64,000 bases of DNA from an uncultured Hormoscilla sp. (GCA_963921275.4 OZ001293.3:6080001-6144000), one strand, 5' to 3'. Shown: positions 31,335-42,425, counted from the first letter of the stretch. The notes: generated by a model from the letters alone, not told the origin. Translations and numbers: made by a program.

Positions 31335-32689
31335 TTGGTGGAAGATATCCAACTGACGATCGATCCGTCGGACTATAGCCTGTTAACGGACCTTTACCAA
31401 CTGACAATGGGTGCCTGTTATGCCGGTGAAGGTCTGGACCAGCGATGGGCCAGCTTTGAGCTGTTCCCCGTCGTCTGCCAGCCAGTTTTGGCTATTCGAT
31501 CGCAATGGGTTTGGCTCAAGCTGTGGACTACCTAGAGAAATGGCAGTTTAGTTCCACCCAGCTGAAGGCTTTGCGATCGACTGGGATTTTTGAGGGGGCC
31601 CCAGCAAGCTTCTGGTCCCTGCTAGCAGATGGCCACTTCAGCGGGGATGTCTGGGCAGTGCCAGAAGGAACAGCGGTGTTTCCTGATGAACCGGTGCTGC
31701 GGGTGGAGGCCCCATTATGGCAAGCTCAACTGGTAGAGACTTACCTGCTGAATGCGATTAATTATCAAACTCTTTGTGCGACAAAATCGGCTCGGATGCG
31801 GGATGTGGCAGGTACAAGGGTGCCACTGCTGGAGTTTGGCACCAGACGGGCCTTTAGTCCTCAAGCTTCGGTTTGGGCGGCCCGGGCAGCATTAGCAGCG
31901 GGGTTCGATGGCACGTCTAATGTGCTGGCAGCAGTTAAGCTGGGACGCAAGCCTGTGGGAACCATGGCTCATGCTTTGGTGATGGCGATCGCCTCCCTAG
32001 AAGGTTCTGAGTCCCAAGCGTTTACAGTTTTCCACCGCTATTTTCCCGGTGCCCCCTTGTTGATTGATACCTACGATACCGTAGCAGCTGCCAAAGATCT
32101 GGCAGAAAAGGTAGCAGCAGTCCAAATGCAGCTAGCAGGGGTGCGACTAGATTCTGGAGATCTGGTGGCCCTGTCCCAAGAGGTGCGATCGCTACTGCCA
32201 GGGGTGCCGATCTTTGCCAGTGGGGACATAGATGAGTGGGAAATTGCCCGGTTAAAATCAGCAGGTGCCTGCATCGATGGCTATGGGATAGGAACCAAAC
32301 TGGTAACTGGAGCTCCAGTGAATGGGGTCTATAAACTGGTAGAAATTGATGGCATTCCGACCATGAAGCAGTCCAGTGCCAAAGTCAGCTATCCTGGGAG
32401 AAAACAAATATTTCGGCAATTTGAGGGTTCTCAAGTGCAAGCCGATAGATTAGGCTTGGTAAGCGAATCCCCTGTAGAGAACGAGGTGCCATTACTGCAA
32501 TTGGTGATGCAGCAGGGTAGGCTAGTGCAGGAACCAGAACTAATAGAGGCGATCGCCCAACGGACTGCCACTGCTGTTGCCAGTTTACCAGAAGCAACCA
32601 GACGCTTAGACAATCCTACCCCGCTATCAGTTGAAATCTCAACAGAATTACAGCAGTTAACAGAGAAAACAAAACAATCCATTGGCTAA
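31335..32689 (+). pseudogene. pncB: Nicotinate phosphoribosyltransferase, frameshift near 31465
   Basis: SLLTDLYQLTM..ASFELF in one frame; RRLP..MGLAQ..EFGTRR..GTMAH..RLDSGD in another. Confidence 0.9.
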
Positions 32690-32754
32690 AGCCCGTAGCC
32701 CGCCTGCGCGGGCTTGGTTCTCGTCGCCGCACCCTTTAGGGTGATGGCGATCGA

Positions 32755-32805
32755 CAATAAACAATAAACAATAAACAATAAACAATTAGCAATCAACAAT
32801 TAACA
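32755..32805. repeat. (AACAATA)n heptamer repeat
   Basis: About 7 imperfect copies. Confidence 0.8.
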
Positions 32806-33411
32806 ATGAACAAGAAAATCGCTCTTTTTGGCACGAGTGCAGATCCACCGACAACTGGACATCAGACGATAATCAACTGGTTGTCCCAGCATTATGACTG
32901 GATAGCAGTTTGGGCGTCGGATAATCCCATGAAGGTTAATCAGTCCTGTTTGTCCCAGAGGTCTGCTATGCTAATGATCTTGATCGAAGAGATTAATTGG
33001 CGGCAAAATATTCGTCTGCATCCGGAACTCAGCCGTCCCAGAACCCTAGAGTCCGTGGTCAAAGCGAAAGCCCAGTGGCCAGAGGCGGAGTTAACCCTGG
33101 CGATCGGTTCTGACTTAGTGAGACAATTACCTCGTTGGTATGGAGTGGCCGATCTATTGCCACAAGTTAAGCTGCTAGTGGTGTCCAGACCAGGCTATAC
33201 TATCGATCGGGCGGGTTTGGATCGGCTGTTGAGTATGGGGGCGGTGGTGGAAATCGCCAAGATAAATGCTCCAGCAGTATCTTCAACAGCCTATCGCGAG
33301 CAAGGAGACACCAAAGCCTTGACTCGGACCATCCAGGACTACATCGATCTCCAGCATTTGTATGATGTTAGCAGACAGCAGCAAGCCAGTAAACAAACAA
33401 CCCTTAGCTGA
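32806..33411 (+). CDS. nadD: Nicotinate-nucleotide adenylyltransferase
   Basis: ALFGTSADPPTTGH, IGSDL and VSSTAYR motifs. Confidence 0.93.
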   Translation: MNKKIALFGTSADPPTTGHQTIINWLSQHYDWIAVWASDNPMKVNQSCLSQRSAMLMILIEEINWRQNIRLHPELSRPRTLESVVKAKAQWPEAELTLAIGSDLVRQLPRWYGVADLLPQVKLLVVSRPGYTIDRAGLDRLLSMGAVVEIAKINAPAVSSTAYREQGDTKALTRTIQDYIDLQHLYDVSRQQQASKQTTLS

Positions 33412-34093
33412 GTTCAAGGTGGGGGTAGATAATGTAATTTTTTCCGTGGATACCGCCCAAAACCGCCTGTTAGTCCTGCTGGTGATGCGAGAAAGAGAAC
33501 CCTTTCGCCACCAGTGGAATTTGCCCAGAACTCTGGTCCGTCAGGGAGAATCCTTGGAAGATGCCGCTTACCGGATTTTAGCCGATAAAATCCGGGTGCA
33601 GAACCTTTATTTAGAGCAACTTTACAGCTTTGGTAATCCCGGGCGGGATCCCAGAGAATCTGTAGAAGGGGTGCGTTACCTGTCCGTGAGTCACTTTGCC
33701 CTAGTGCGGTTGGATCTCGCGGAACTGACCCCTAGGTGGCCAGGGAAAATTGCTTGGTATCCGATCGATCGAGTACCCCAATTAGCATTCGATCATAACA
33801 AGATTTTAGAGTATGGTTACAGACGCCTGCGTGCTAAGCTAGAATATAGCCCAGTTGCCTTTGATGTGTTGCCGGAAGTTTTTACTCTCAGCGACCTTTA
33901 CCAACTATATACCACGGTTTTAGGAGAAAATTTTTCGGATTATTCCAATTTCCGCTCCCGCTTGATCAAATATGGTTTCTTATGCGATACTGGCCTTAAA
34001 GCTTCGCGCGGTGCGGGACGACCCGCTAGTGTCTACCGCTTTGATGCGGAGGCGTTTGCGGCTTTTAAGGATAAACCTTTGCTATTCATTTAG
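33362..34093 (+). CDS. nrtR: NUDIX-wHTH transcriptional regulator NrtR
   Basis: ESLEDAAYR, LEQLYSF, LAFDHNKIL, NFRSRL and GAGRPASVY motifs; NAD operon context. Confidence 0.9.
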   Translation: MMLADSSKPVNKQPLAEFKVGVDNVIFSVDTAQNRLLVLLVMREREPFRHQWNLPRTLVRQGESLEDAAYRILADKIRVQNLYLEQLYSFGNPGRDPRESVEGVRYLSVSHFALVRLDLAELTPRWPGKIAWYPIDRVPQLAFDHNKILEYGYRRLRAKLEYSPVAFDVLPEVFTLSDLYQLYTTVLGENFSDYSNFRSRLIKYGFLCDTGLKASRGAGRPASVYRFDAEAFAAFKDKPLLFI

Positions 34094-34114
34094 GAATCAT
34101 AAAAATCAAAGTAA

Positions 34115-35797
34115 ATGAAAATTGCGATCGCCCAACTAAATCCGACTATTGGTGATATTAATGGCAACGGCCAGTTGATTATAGATGCAGCAAAACGGGC
34201 AGCTTCCGAGAATTGCCAAATATTGCTGACGCCAGAACTGTCTTTGTGTGGTTATCCACCGCGAGATTTGTTAATGCATGACTCTTTTTTGGAGGCAATG
34301 AATGCATGTTTACAAGAACTGGCCGTAAAATTGCCACCAGCATTGGCAGTATTAGTAGGAACTGTAGCACGCAATACAGAAGCCCCGAGCGATGGAGGTA
34401 AACCTCTATTTAATAGTATTGCTCTCCTGAGAGATGGTAAAGTAGAACAAATGTTTCACAAGCGTCTGCTGCCGACTTACGATGTGTTTGACGAAAACCG
34501 TTATTTTGAATCAGCGTTAGCAAGTAAATATTTGACTATCGAACTAGAGAACGAAATAAACATCGGGGTAAGTATTTGTGAAGATTTGTGGAACGATGAG
34601 TATTTTTGGGGTAAAAGGAGTTATAAGGATAATCCGATCGCGGATTTGAGTAAAATGGGTGTAGAGGTGGTGGTGAATTTGTCAGCGTCCCCCTACAGCA
34701 TCAACAAGCAGGAATTACGGGAAGCAATGCTGCAACACAGTGCTAGACATTATTATAGACCGATAATATACGTGAATCAAGTGGGGGGGAATGACGACAT
34801 AGTTTTTGATGGCAGCAGTTTTGCATTGAACAGTAAAGGGAAATTGATAAGTCGTGCCAAGGCATTTGAACCAGATTTTATGGTAATCTCATTTAATGAG
34901 AAAATACTAAACTTAGAAGCACCAGAGGCAGTACAGTTAACCCCATTAGCAGAATGTTCAGAAGCGGAAATTTGGTCTGCATTGGTACTGGGAGTACGGG
35001 ATTATGCTCGTAAGTGTGGTTTCAGGAAAATTGTGCTAGGTTTGAGTGGAGGCATAGATTCGTCCTTGGTGGCCGCGATCGCCTCTGCTGCGATCGGTCC
35101 AGAAAATGTGCTGGGGGTCCTGATGCCTTCACCTTACAGTTCTGACCATTCAGTTAAAGATGCCCTATTATTAGCAGAGAATTTGGGCATGACTGCGGAA
35201 ACAATTCCCATTGGGGATTTGATGTCCAGTTACGATCGCACGTTAGAGAAAATGTTCGCAAGAACGGCATCAGGGGTAGCAGAAGAGAATATTCAGTCGC
35301 GCATCAGGGGGAACTTGCTGATGGCGATCGCTAACAAGTTCGGACATTTGCTGGTATCAACGGGCAACAAGTCAGAAATGGCAGTAGGATATTGTACCTT
35401 ATATGGAGACATGAATGGGGGCTTAGCAGTCATATCCGATCTGCCCAAAACCAGCGTCTACTCAGTATGTCGCTGGCTAAATGCCAAGTCTCAAAAGGAA
35501 GTCATTCCTGAAAACATTCTCACCAAACCCCCCAGCGCCGAACTCAAACCCGGACAAGTAGACCAAGATTCTCTGCCGCCCTACGATATCCTAGATGATA
35601 TTCTGCATCGCTTAATTGAAAACCATGAATCCGAGGCCCAAATTGTGGCAGCAGGGCACAATCGGGCAACAGTAAACCGCATCAGAAAAATGGTGAAGCG
35701 GGCAGAATTTAAGCGCCGACAGGCACCTCCAGGATTGAAGATTACCCAGAGGGCCTTTGGCACGGGCTGGCGGATGCCGATCGCTAGTTATCAGTAG
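34115..35797 (+). CDS. nadE: Glutamine-dependent NAD+ synthetase
   Basis: Nitrilase domain (PELSLCGYPP, ICEDLW) plus GLSGGIDS, STGNKSE and PPSAEL. Confidence 0.97.
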   Translation: MKIAIAQLNPTIGDINGNGQLIIDAAKRAASENCQILLTPELSLCGYPPRDLLMHDSFLEAMNACLQELAVKLPPALAVLVGTVARNTEAPSDGGKPLFNSIALLRDGKVEQMFHKRLLPTYDVFDENRYFESALASKYLTIELENEINIGVSICEDLWNDEYFWGKRSYKDNPIADLSKMGVEVVVNLSASPYSINKQELREAMLQHSARHYYRPIIYVNQVGGNDDIVFDGSSFALNSKGKLISRAKAFEPDFMVISFNEKILNLEAPEAVQLTPLAECSEAEIWSALVLGVRDYARKCGFRKIVLGLSGGIDSSLVAAIASAAIGPENVLGVLMPSPYSSDHSVKDALLLAENLGMTAETIPIGDLMSSYDRTLEKMFARTASGVAEENIQSRIRGNLLMAIANKFGHLLVSTGNKSEMAVGYCTLYGDMNGGLAVISDLPKTSVYSVCRWLNAKSQKEVIPENILTKPPSAELKPGQVDQDSLPPYDILDDILHRLIENHESEAQIVAAGHNRATVNRIRKMVKRAEFKRRQAPPGLKITQRAFGTGWRMPIASYQ

Positions 35798-35924
35798 GGT
35801 GGGCACTGCCGGCACTGCCCACCTTACCCTTGGGGTACTGAGAAACCAGTTTCTGGATTGTAAATGCAAAACCTGTCAATTTGCGGCTATAATATATTAA
35901 AACAAAAACAGAACAGACCCAACC

Positions 35925-36236
35925 ATGAATGTATTGCTGACATCAGAACTTGAGGAATTTGTTTAAAAAAAAGTCAATACTGGCAAATATCAGTCGGCCA
36001 GCGAAGTGATTATTGTCCCATTGCGACTACTTGAACAACAAGACAGAATTCGCCAAATGCAAATCGATAAACTGCTTCGATGTCTCTGGGGAGCGCTATT
36101 CGCACTACCCCAGAGACATCGATCGGAAATTGCTATTGGTATTGAGCAAGGCGAGAGAGGAGAAGTTTTTGATGGGGAAGAGGTAGTCAGAGAACTACTT
36201 GAGGAGATCGACCAAGGGGAGCAAGCCCAACAATGA
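35925..36236 (+). pseudogene. ParD family antitoxin with TAA at 35964-35966 and a 15-codon palindromic insert
   Basis: MNVLLTSELEEFV*KKVNTGKYQSASEVI..LRLLEQ..EIAIGIEQGERGEVFDGE. Confidence 0.88.
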
Positions 36237-36586
36237 GCCATTATATTCTGACCGCTCAAGCAAAACAAGACCTAAAGGAAATTAAAGATTACATCCTCAC
36301 AACCCAGCAGCGATATCTCCTGTGTGCCGAGTCCCCTGGGACAAGAGCACAGCAGGAGATATCGAAAGCAAGGCGTTTTGTTCAGGCATTCCGGCAGCAA
36401 TGCCAGCTTATAGCCAGGTTTCCGGAGATAGGTCGCAGTTATAGTCAACTAGCTCCTGCATTACGAGGGTTTCCACTTGAGAACTACATCATCTTCTACC
36501 GTCCGGCTGCAAAGGGAATAGAAGTTGAGCGTCTGCTGAGTGGCTACCCTGACTTAGAGGCTCTTTTGTTGGAAGCTGAAGAGTAA
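36233..36586 (+). CDS. ParE/RelE family toxin with a 54-bp palindromic insert
   Basis: YILTAQAKQDLKEI..FPEIGR..LRGFPLENYIIFYR..IEVERLLSG; ATGA overlap with the antitoxin. Confidence 0.85.
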   Translation: MSHYILTAQAKQDLKEIKDYILTTQQRYLLCAESPGTRAQQEISKARRFVQAFRQQCQLIARFPEIGRSYSQLAPALRGFPLENYIIFYRPAAKGIEVERLLSGYPDLEALLLEAEE

Positions 36587-36719
36587 TGATTTTTCCATTA
36601 GTTTAAGCATTATATTCTTAGTCGGTTAAAACCTTCCTTTAGCTATGACGCGGGAAGCCTTTGGGTTTTAACTCCCGGTGAACCTCCGGCGAGCTAATAG
36701 CGAAGAGAGGGAATTATAA

Positions 36720-37088
36720 ATGACTATTATGAACAGTGAAACCTGGATTATTTTCTATGCCGAACCGGAACAACCGGGATGGGAAACTCGCAAGCTGCCA
36801 ATGGGGGGACTGACGGATATCCTAGATGAACAGTTAGATTATACCGAAAAGGGAAGCATTCCTAAAGTAGGTGATCGGCTACGGCAATTTCTGCGCATTC
36901 CGGACTTTGCTTCGAAGCGGTTTCCTGAAAGTTCTACTCATGTCCGAGATGGAGACTGGGTTGTGACTCGGGTGGAAAGCTATTCCCCTAAATCTCATGA
37001 TTGTTCCAAAAGGGAAATTGTAGTGCTTCTAACGATCTCCGGAGACATCGAAAGGGCAATGCCAACAAGTGAGGAGATCGCCAGATAA
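36720..37088 (+). CDS. Hypothetical protein (C-terminus possibly altered)
   Basis: WIIFYAE..PGWETRKL..GDWVVTRVESY; GAGG RBS. Confidence 0.6.
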   Translation: MTIMNSETWIIFYAEPEQPGWETRKLPMGGLTDILDEQLDYTEKGSIPKVGDRLRQFLRIPDFASKRFPESSTHVRDGDWVVTRVESYSPKSHDCSKREIVVLLTISGDIERAMPTSEEIAR

Positions 37089-37245
37089 AATGCGATCGCA
37101 CTTCTTCCCTAAAGGAACTACCCACCCCGTCAAGTAAGTCGATGGCGACCCCAAAGAGCAAAAATCAAGCGGGCCTTGTCAAGAAGCCCGCCTGTATGTG
37201 ATCAATATGGAATAACTAGAATTAACCTAGCTAACAGTAGATGTA

Positions 37246-37425
37246 TTAAAAATAACGCCGTTTACGTCGGGCTGCAACTAACTTGCGTTTGCGCTTCTCC
37301 GGTGGAGTTTCAAAATGGCGACGGCACTTGACATCTGCTAAAATCCCGGCCTTGGAAACTTGGCGCTTAAACCTGCGTAAAGCGGAGTCTATTCCTTCGT
37401 TTTCACCTACTACTACTTGAGTCAT
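37246..37425 (-). CDS. rpsU: 30S ribosomal protein S21 (copy 1; not in the ORF track)
   Basis: [48 protein letters not shown]; strong AGGAGG RBS. Confidence 0.97.
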   Translation of the reverse strand: MTQVVVGENEGIDSALRRFKRQVSKAGILADVKCRRHFETPPEKRKRKLVAARRKRRYF

Positions 37426-37683
37426 ACCTCCTCCTTTTCTAGGGCTATTTATAACTAGAGTAGTTAAAATCGATTTAATTGTCAGTAGTTAATTGTCAGT
37501 AGTTAGTTGTCAGCGGTCAGTTGTCAGTAGCGTAGGACGAGCGAATCGCCTGGGAATCAGTTGCTCGGCCTGGTAAACCCTCACTTGTGGCCCTGGTACG
37601 ATGTGCGATGCGCGAGCTAGTCGCACTGCGCATCGGCACATTGCGTGGTCACTGGTCCTACTACTTACATATTTATACTATCA

Positions 37684-38943
37684 CTAAGGATTACCTTGAA
37701 CAATGGATTTAAAAGTGGTTAAAGTTTCCAGGTTAATCAGTCCGCGACGAAAGCCATTTTGATTAGACATGCCCAGAAAAATATCATTGCCCCCTTGAGG
37801 ATTGCGTGAAAATCGCGGGCTAGTGTTAATGTAGATGGAAGCACTGTTGATGCCCAAGGCAAACTGGCGGCTTTCCTGATAAGATTCGGTAACCAGACAG
37901 TCGGCGTGACCGCTGCTGTAGCGGTTAATCCAGGCGATCGCCAACTCCAGAGAATCAACAACGGAAAAGGTAACTATCTTGTGTAAATAGGCTTGTTGCC
38001 ATTCGGAAGGTGAGGCCAAGGTTAAGTCGGGAAAATCTTGCACTAGCTGAGCATCACCCCTAATTTCAAAACCTTCTTCCTTCAGACTATTCCAAAGCAT
38101 CACCAAAGAAGAAGTATTTTGATCGTGATGAATCAATACCTTTTCTATAGCATTAACCGGGTCGGGTTCACTCTCATGAGAGTCTAAAATCATCCAGCGG
38201 GCAATATCCAGGCTGCCAGAAGGACTCCAGTACAGGTAACAGTTGCCGATCGCCGATTTCAATACGGGAGCCGTCGCTTGTCGCATCACTTGCTGCACGA
38301 GACTAGGACGCCCATAGGGAATCACCAGATTGATATACTGGTCCAGCCTGACCAAATCCCGAATGGAAACCCCAGGATCTGATGGCAGCAGTTCCAGACA
38401 GCCTGCTGGCAGTTTCGTCTCGGAAATGGCAGTCTGTAGCACTCGGGCGATCGCCCCATTAGAGTTACTCGCCTCACTTCCCCCTCTCAGAATCAGACTG
38501 TTGCCAGTTTTCAGACATAAACCTGCCGCGAGCGCTGACAACTCCGGGAACGCCTCATAAATTAAAGCGATCGTCCCCAAAGGAGTCCGCTGGCAGTAAC
38601 TCTGGCATTGTTCAACCTGATAATCAGCTTCCATCACCTGTTGGAGAGGATCGGGTAAATGAGCCAACCTATGCAGAATTTGTACGCCGGTTCCCAGTCG
38701 TTCTGGCGTCAGCTTCAACCATTCCAGAATCAGTTCAGGCACCGCCATCTCACGAGATGCCTCTAAGTCCAGGGTATTCGCTTCCAGGATGTCATCAATG
38801 GAACCCTCTAGTCCCTCTGCCATCGCCTTTATCGCTTGAGAGCGGTTATTTCCAGACCTGCTTGCCAATTCAAGACTTGCTTGATAGGTACGGTCAATGG
38901 CAGCCATCGAATTAGGTGAAGCAGCAAAAAAGTCAGTTGTCAT
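37684..38943 (-). CDS. proA: Glutamate-5-semialdehyde dehydrogenase (cyanobacterial paralog type)
   Basis: PLGTIALIYEAFP, KTGNSLILRGGSEA, VIPYGRPSLV and YSSGHAD motifs. Confidence 0.9.
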   Translation of the reverse strand: MTTDFFAASPNSMAAIDRTYQASLELASRSGNNRSQAIKAMAEGLEGSIDDILEANTLDLEASREMAVPELILEWLKLTPERLGTGVQILHRLAHLPDPLQQVMEADYQVEQCQSYCQRTPLGTIALIYEAFPELSALAAGLCLKTGNSLILRGGSEASNSNGAIARVLQTAISETKLPAGCLELLPSDPGVSIRDLVRLDQYINLVIPYGRPSLVQQVMRQATAPVLKSAIGNCYLYWSPSGSLDIARWMILDSHESEPDPVNAIEKVLIHHDQNTSSLVMLWNSLKEEGFEIRGDAQLVQDFPDLTLASPSEWQQAYLHKIVTFSVVDSLELAIAWINRYSSGHADCLVTESYQESRQFALGINSASIYINTSPRFSRNPQGGNDIFLGMSNQNGFRRGLINLETLTTFKSIVQGNP

Positions 38944-39347
38944 CAGCGCCTATAAGTCAGCCATTGCATCATTACCAACAGTAACACCACTAATAGGGGA
39001 GCCATCACCCACAGCCGCAGATATGCACCGGCAAACAGAAATATCCATAATAGGCAAACCACCAGCAGTACCAAGAACGTTAATAACATTACTGACCAGT
39101 AATGTTCTGACCAACCCGAATGAACTTTCTGCCACTCTCTACCCGTCCAGCACCAAGTTTTCTTATAGGGATAGTTCGTTGATAGTTGCTCCATAACAGT
39201 CCCCCCCTCTTGGACAACAAATATCTGCTGACATTTGTTGCAGCCCAAGGCTTCGGTCAGAATGATATTACTCAACCGACCCCGACGTCTACAAGGACAG
39301 GGGTACTCCACATTCAAGTCAATTTTTTCAGCTTTCTCAGATGGCAC
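38943..39347 (-). CDS. Conserved Cys-motif membrane protein
   Basis: YPCPCRRRG..EALGCNKCQQIF plus two transmembrane segments. Confidence 0.8.
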   Translation of the reverse strand: MPSEKAEKIDLNVEYPCPCRRRGRLSNIILTEALGCNKCQQIFVVQEGGTVMEQLSTNYPYKKTWCWTGREWQKVHSGWSEHYWSVMLLTFLVLLVVCLLWIFLFAGAYLRLWVMAPLLVVLLLVMMQWLTYRR

Positions 39348-39585
39348 AAGCAGCTTACCGAGTTAAACCATCAGATCGACAGCTATTAACTGGCTGTCAT
39401 TTTACCAGTTCCCAGTTCCCAGTTACAACTGACTCCCAGGCGAGACGCCCTGACTACACGCTACGCTACGATATCTCCTGTGTGCCGTCCGCGTAGCGTG
39501 GCGCAGCCATGTCCCGTGGGAGAAGAGCACAGTAGGAGATATCGAAGACTCCCAGGCGAGACGCTCTCTTTTATTTTACTTTCTA

Positions 39586-39657
39586 AGCGGGTAACGCGAT
39601 TCGAACGCGCGACATTCACCTTGGCAAGGTGACGCTCTACCGCTGAGCTATACCCGC
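39586..39657 (-). tRNA. tRNA-Gly(GCC)
   Basis: GCGGGTATAGCTCAGCGGTAGAGCGTCACCTT-GCC-AAGGTGAATGTCGCGCGTTCGAATCGCGTTACCCGCT cloverleaf. Confidence 0.97.
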
Positions 39658-39665
39658 AATCAACC

Positions 39666-39826
39666 TTCCTTATACTATCTTGTCACAGCAATTGCAGTTT
39701 GTCAACAGTTTTTTTCTAATTAGACAATCCGCAATTTTAGCTGCCTTTTCTCTGGAAGCCGGTCATGACGAGCGTGCTTCTTGAGTTCCTTATACTATCT
39801 TGTCACAGCAATTGCAGTTTGTCAAC
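39666..39826. repeat. 41-bp exact direct repeat (39666-39706 and 39786-39826) upstream of the tRNA
   Basis: TTCCTTATACTATCTTGTCACAGCAATTGCAGTTTGTCAAC twice; contains TTGACA on the minus strand. Confidence 0.9.
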
Positions 39827-40353
39827 CGCTTTTTTTCTGGGGATAACTGCTCTAAACAGATAGCTGGCTGCTGTAACGATCCTACCTCTCCCATAGTAGC
39901 ACTATTTTCTTTGAGATGATGCACAGTCTCCACAAAATCTCTAATTCCTTGAAACTGCCGGTATACAGAGGCGAAACGGACGTAGGCCACTTCCGATAGC
40001 TGTTGCAGATGCTGGAGCACAAGTTCGCCAATGAAGCTACTGGTGACTTCCCGCACCGATATCCGTTGTAATTCTGCTTCTATTTCATCCACTAGTACCT
40101 CCAGTCTCACGGTTTGGATACCGGTCTTCTCGCAGGATTTGACAATCCCGCGTAATAACTTGCAACGGTTAAAGGGCTCCCGCTGACCATCCCGCTTAAT
40201 GACGGCGATCTCGACAAATTCAATCCGTTCGTAAGTCGTGAAGCGACGCTGGCAATTTAAGCATTCTCGCCGACGGCGAACGCTCTGACCGCCTTCAGCA
40301 GATCTCGATTCGAGCACTCGACTTTCTGTATGTTGACAGAATGGACATCGCAT
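39790..40353 (-). CDS. nrdR: Transcriptional repressor NrdR
   Basis: [24 protein letters not shown] cone, [10 protein letters not shown]. Confidence 0.97.
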   Translation of the reverse strand: MRCPFCQHTESRVLESRSAEGGQSVRRRRECLNCQRRFTTYERIEFVEIAVIKRDGQREPFNRCKLLRGIVKSCEKTGIQTVRLEVLVDEIEAELQRISVREVTSSFIGELVLQHLQQLSEVAYVRFASVYRQFQGIRDFVETVHHLKENSATMGEVGSLQQPAICLEQLSPEKKRLTNCNCCDKIV

Positions 40354-40412
40354 GATCTGTGTCTCAAGCAGGATGGTGGACCATTAGATGGCCTTCTTCA
40401 TTACATAACAGG

Positions 40413-40508
40413 CTACTTGCCAATTCTTGGCGGATCCCGAAAGGCGATCGCAAAGAATAATGTACCCAATGCCAAAGTCAGAATCAAAATGTAGGCAACG
40501 CTTTCCAT
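40413..40508 (-). CDS. psbT: Photosystem II protein T (not in the ORF track)
   Basis: [31 protein letters not shown], downstream of psbB. Confidence 0.97.
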   Translation of the reverse strand: MESVAYILILTLALGTLFFAIAFRDPPRIGK

Positions 40509-40630
40509 GTCAGGATTTCCCCATTCTCTAATTCAGATCTAGTATTCACTTTACCATAGGCTGGTGCGATCGAATCAAATAGGGGCAAGAAATTTTCCCG
40601 CCCCCCAATTAAAATTTATGCCAGTGCTGT

Positions 40631-42157
40631 CTATACAGCTTCCTTGCGGGTTGTTTCGTCACCCACTTTCTGGAAGACGCCGAACTCAACCTGCTCTTCG
40701 AGGCCCTCCTCAATTCCAGCAAACACATCCCGGAACAGAGTGCGGGAGCCATGCCAGATATGACCGAAGAAGAACAGTAGAGCAAACACCGCATGTCCGA
40801 AGGTAAACCAACCACGAGGACTGCTGCGGAATACGCCGTCAGAATTTAATGTTTCCTTGTCAAACTCAAAGGGTTCGCCCAATTGAGCCAGGCGAGCATA
40901 TTTCTTGACCGTTGGTGGGTCTGTGAAGGTTTTACCGTCTAACTGACCACCGTATAAGCTGACCGTGACGCCAGTTTGCTCAAAACTGTATCTTGATTCT
41001 GCCCGACGGAAGGGAATGTCGGCACGGACGATGTTATCAGAGTCAGTCAAGACTACGGGGAAGGTTTCAAAGAAGTTAGGCATCCGACGCACGGTCAATT
41101 CCCGACCTTCAGCATCTGTGAATACTGGATGACCAAGCCAGGTTTGGGCAATCCCATCTCCCTGGTTCATCTGACCGGTGCGGAACAGACCGCCCTTAGC
41201 TGGGCTATTGCCCACATAGTCGTAAAAGGCCAGTTTTTCGGGAATCAGATTCCAGGCTTCTGAGAGGCTCTTACCTTCTGCTACACTTGCTTGCACTCGT
41301 CGCTGAATTTCCTGCTGGAAATAGCCTTGATCCCACTGGTAACGGGTGGGGCCAAATAGTTCGATCGGGGTAGCTGCGCAGCCGTACCACATTGTTCCGG
41401 CGACCACGAAGGCGGCGAAGAAGACTGCGGCAATACTGCTGGAGAGTACTGTTTCAATATTCCCCATGCGCAGGGCTTTGTAGAGCCGTTCTGGCGGGCG
41501 CACCGTTAAGTGAAATAGACCAGCGATCACCCCAACTATTCCAGCAGCAATATGGTGAGCTGCGATTCCTCCTGGGTTGAAGGGGTCAAACCCAGCTGGC
41601 CCCCATTCTGGTGCTACCGGTTGCACGCTGCCAGTTAAACCATAGGGGTCGCTCACCCAAATTCCTGGTCCAAATAGTCCTGTGACGTGGAATGCTCCGA
41701 AGCCAAAGCACAGCAGACCTGACAAAAACAGGTGGATGCCAAACATTTTGGGCAAGTCCAGGGCTGGTTCGCCAGTGCGGGGGTCGGTAAACAGTTCCAA
41801 GTCCCAATAAACCCAGTGCCACACTGCTGCTAGGAATAATAGACCGGAAAGCACGATATGAGCAGTCGCAACTCCTTCAAAGGACCAGAAGCCTACGTCA
41901 GTTGCTGTCCCCCCATAAATATTCCAACCGCCCCAAGAGTCGGTTACACCCAGACGGGCCATGAAGGGCATGACAAACATCCCCTGACGCCACATGGGGT
42001 TCAAGATTGGATCGCTTGGATCGAAAATGGCTAGCTCATACAATGCCATTGAGCCAGCCCACCCTGCTACGAGGGCGGTATGCATTAGGTGTACAGCAAT
42101 CAGTCGTCCTGGATCGTTCAGGACGACTGTGTGTACGCGATACCAGGGTAGTCCCAT
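40631..42157 (-). CDS. psbB: Photosystem II CP47 protein
   Basis: [26 protein letters not shown]; full length 508 aa. Confidence 0.99.
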   Translation of the reverse strand: MGLPWYRVHTVVLNDPGRLIAVHLMHTALVAGWAGSMALYELAIFDPSDPILNPMWRQGMFVMPFMARLGVTDSWGGWNIYGGTATDVGFWSFEGVATAHIVLSGLLFLAAVWHWVYWDLELFTDPRTGEPALDLPKMFGIHLFLSGLLCFGFGAFHVTGLFGPGIWVSDPYGLTGSVQPVAPEWGPAGFDPFNPGGIAAHHIAAGIVGVIAGLFHLTVRPPERLYKALRMGNIETVLSSSIAAVFFAAFVVAGTMWYGCAATPIELFGPTRYQWDQGYFQQEIQRRVQASVAEGKSLSEAWNLIPEKLAFYDYVGNSPAKGGLFRTGQMNQGDGIAQTWLGHPVFTDAEGRELTVRRMPNFFETFPVVLTDSDNIVRADIPFRRAESRYSFEQTGVTVSLYGGQLDGKTFTDPPTVKKYARLAQLGEPFEFDKETLNSDGVFRSSPRGWFTFGHAVFALLFFFGHIWHGSRTLFRDVFAGIEEGLEEQVEFGVFQKVGDETTRKEAV

Positions 42158-42425
42158 TGAGTAGGATCCTCCTCTACTACTTCTTTTAGCTAATGTTCTC
42201 TAGCGGATCGATCGTTAAACAGAATATAACGAATTGTAACCAGTGTTGGCTGCGATGACAACCTTTTCTCAGCGAGCTGCGATCGTCTACCAGGGTCACC
42301 ATTCAGTTGTCCCTTCGGCACCGACCGCTACACTGCTTGACAATTTTCGCTTATATAGCATTATATGTTATATGTAAGCAAGATTTCTTGATAATTCTTC
42401 ACATAAGTTCAATATTGATCCAAAA

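Noticed and set aside
9106..35966. Stop-codon reassignment explaining in-frame stops
   Set aside because: Both TAA and TAG occur, they replace different predicted residues (W, E, Q), co-occur with frameshifts, and both codons terminate intact core genes
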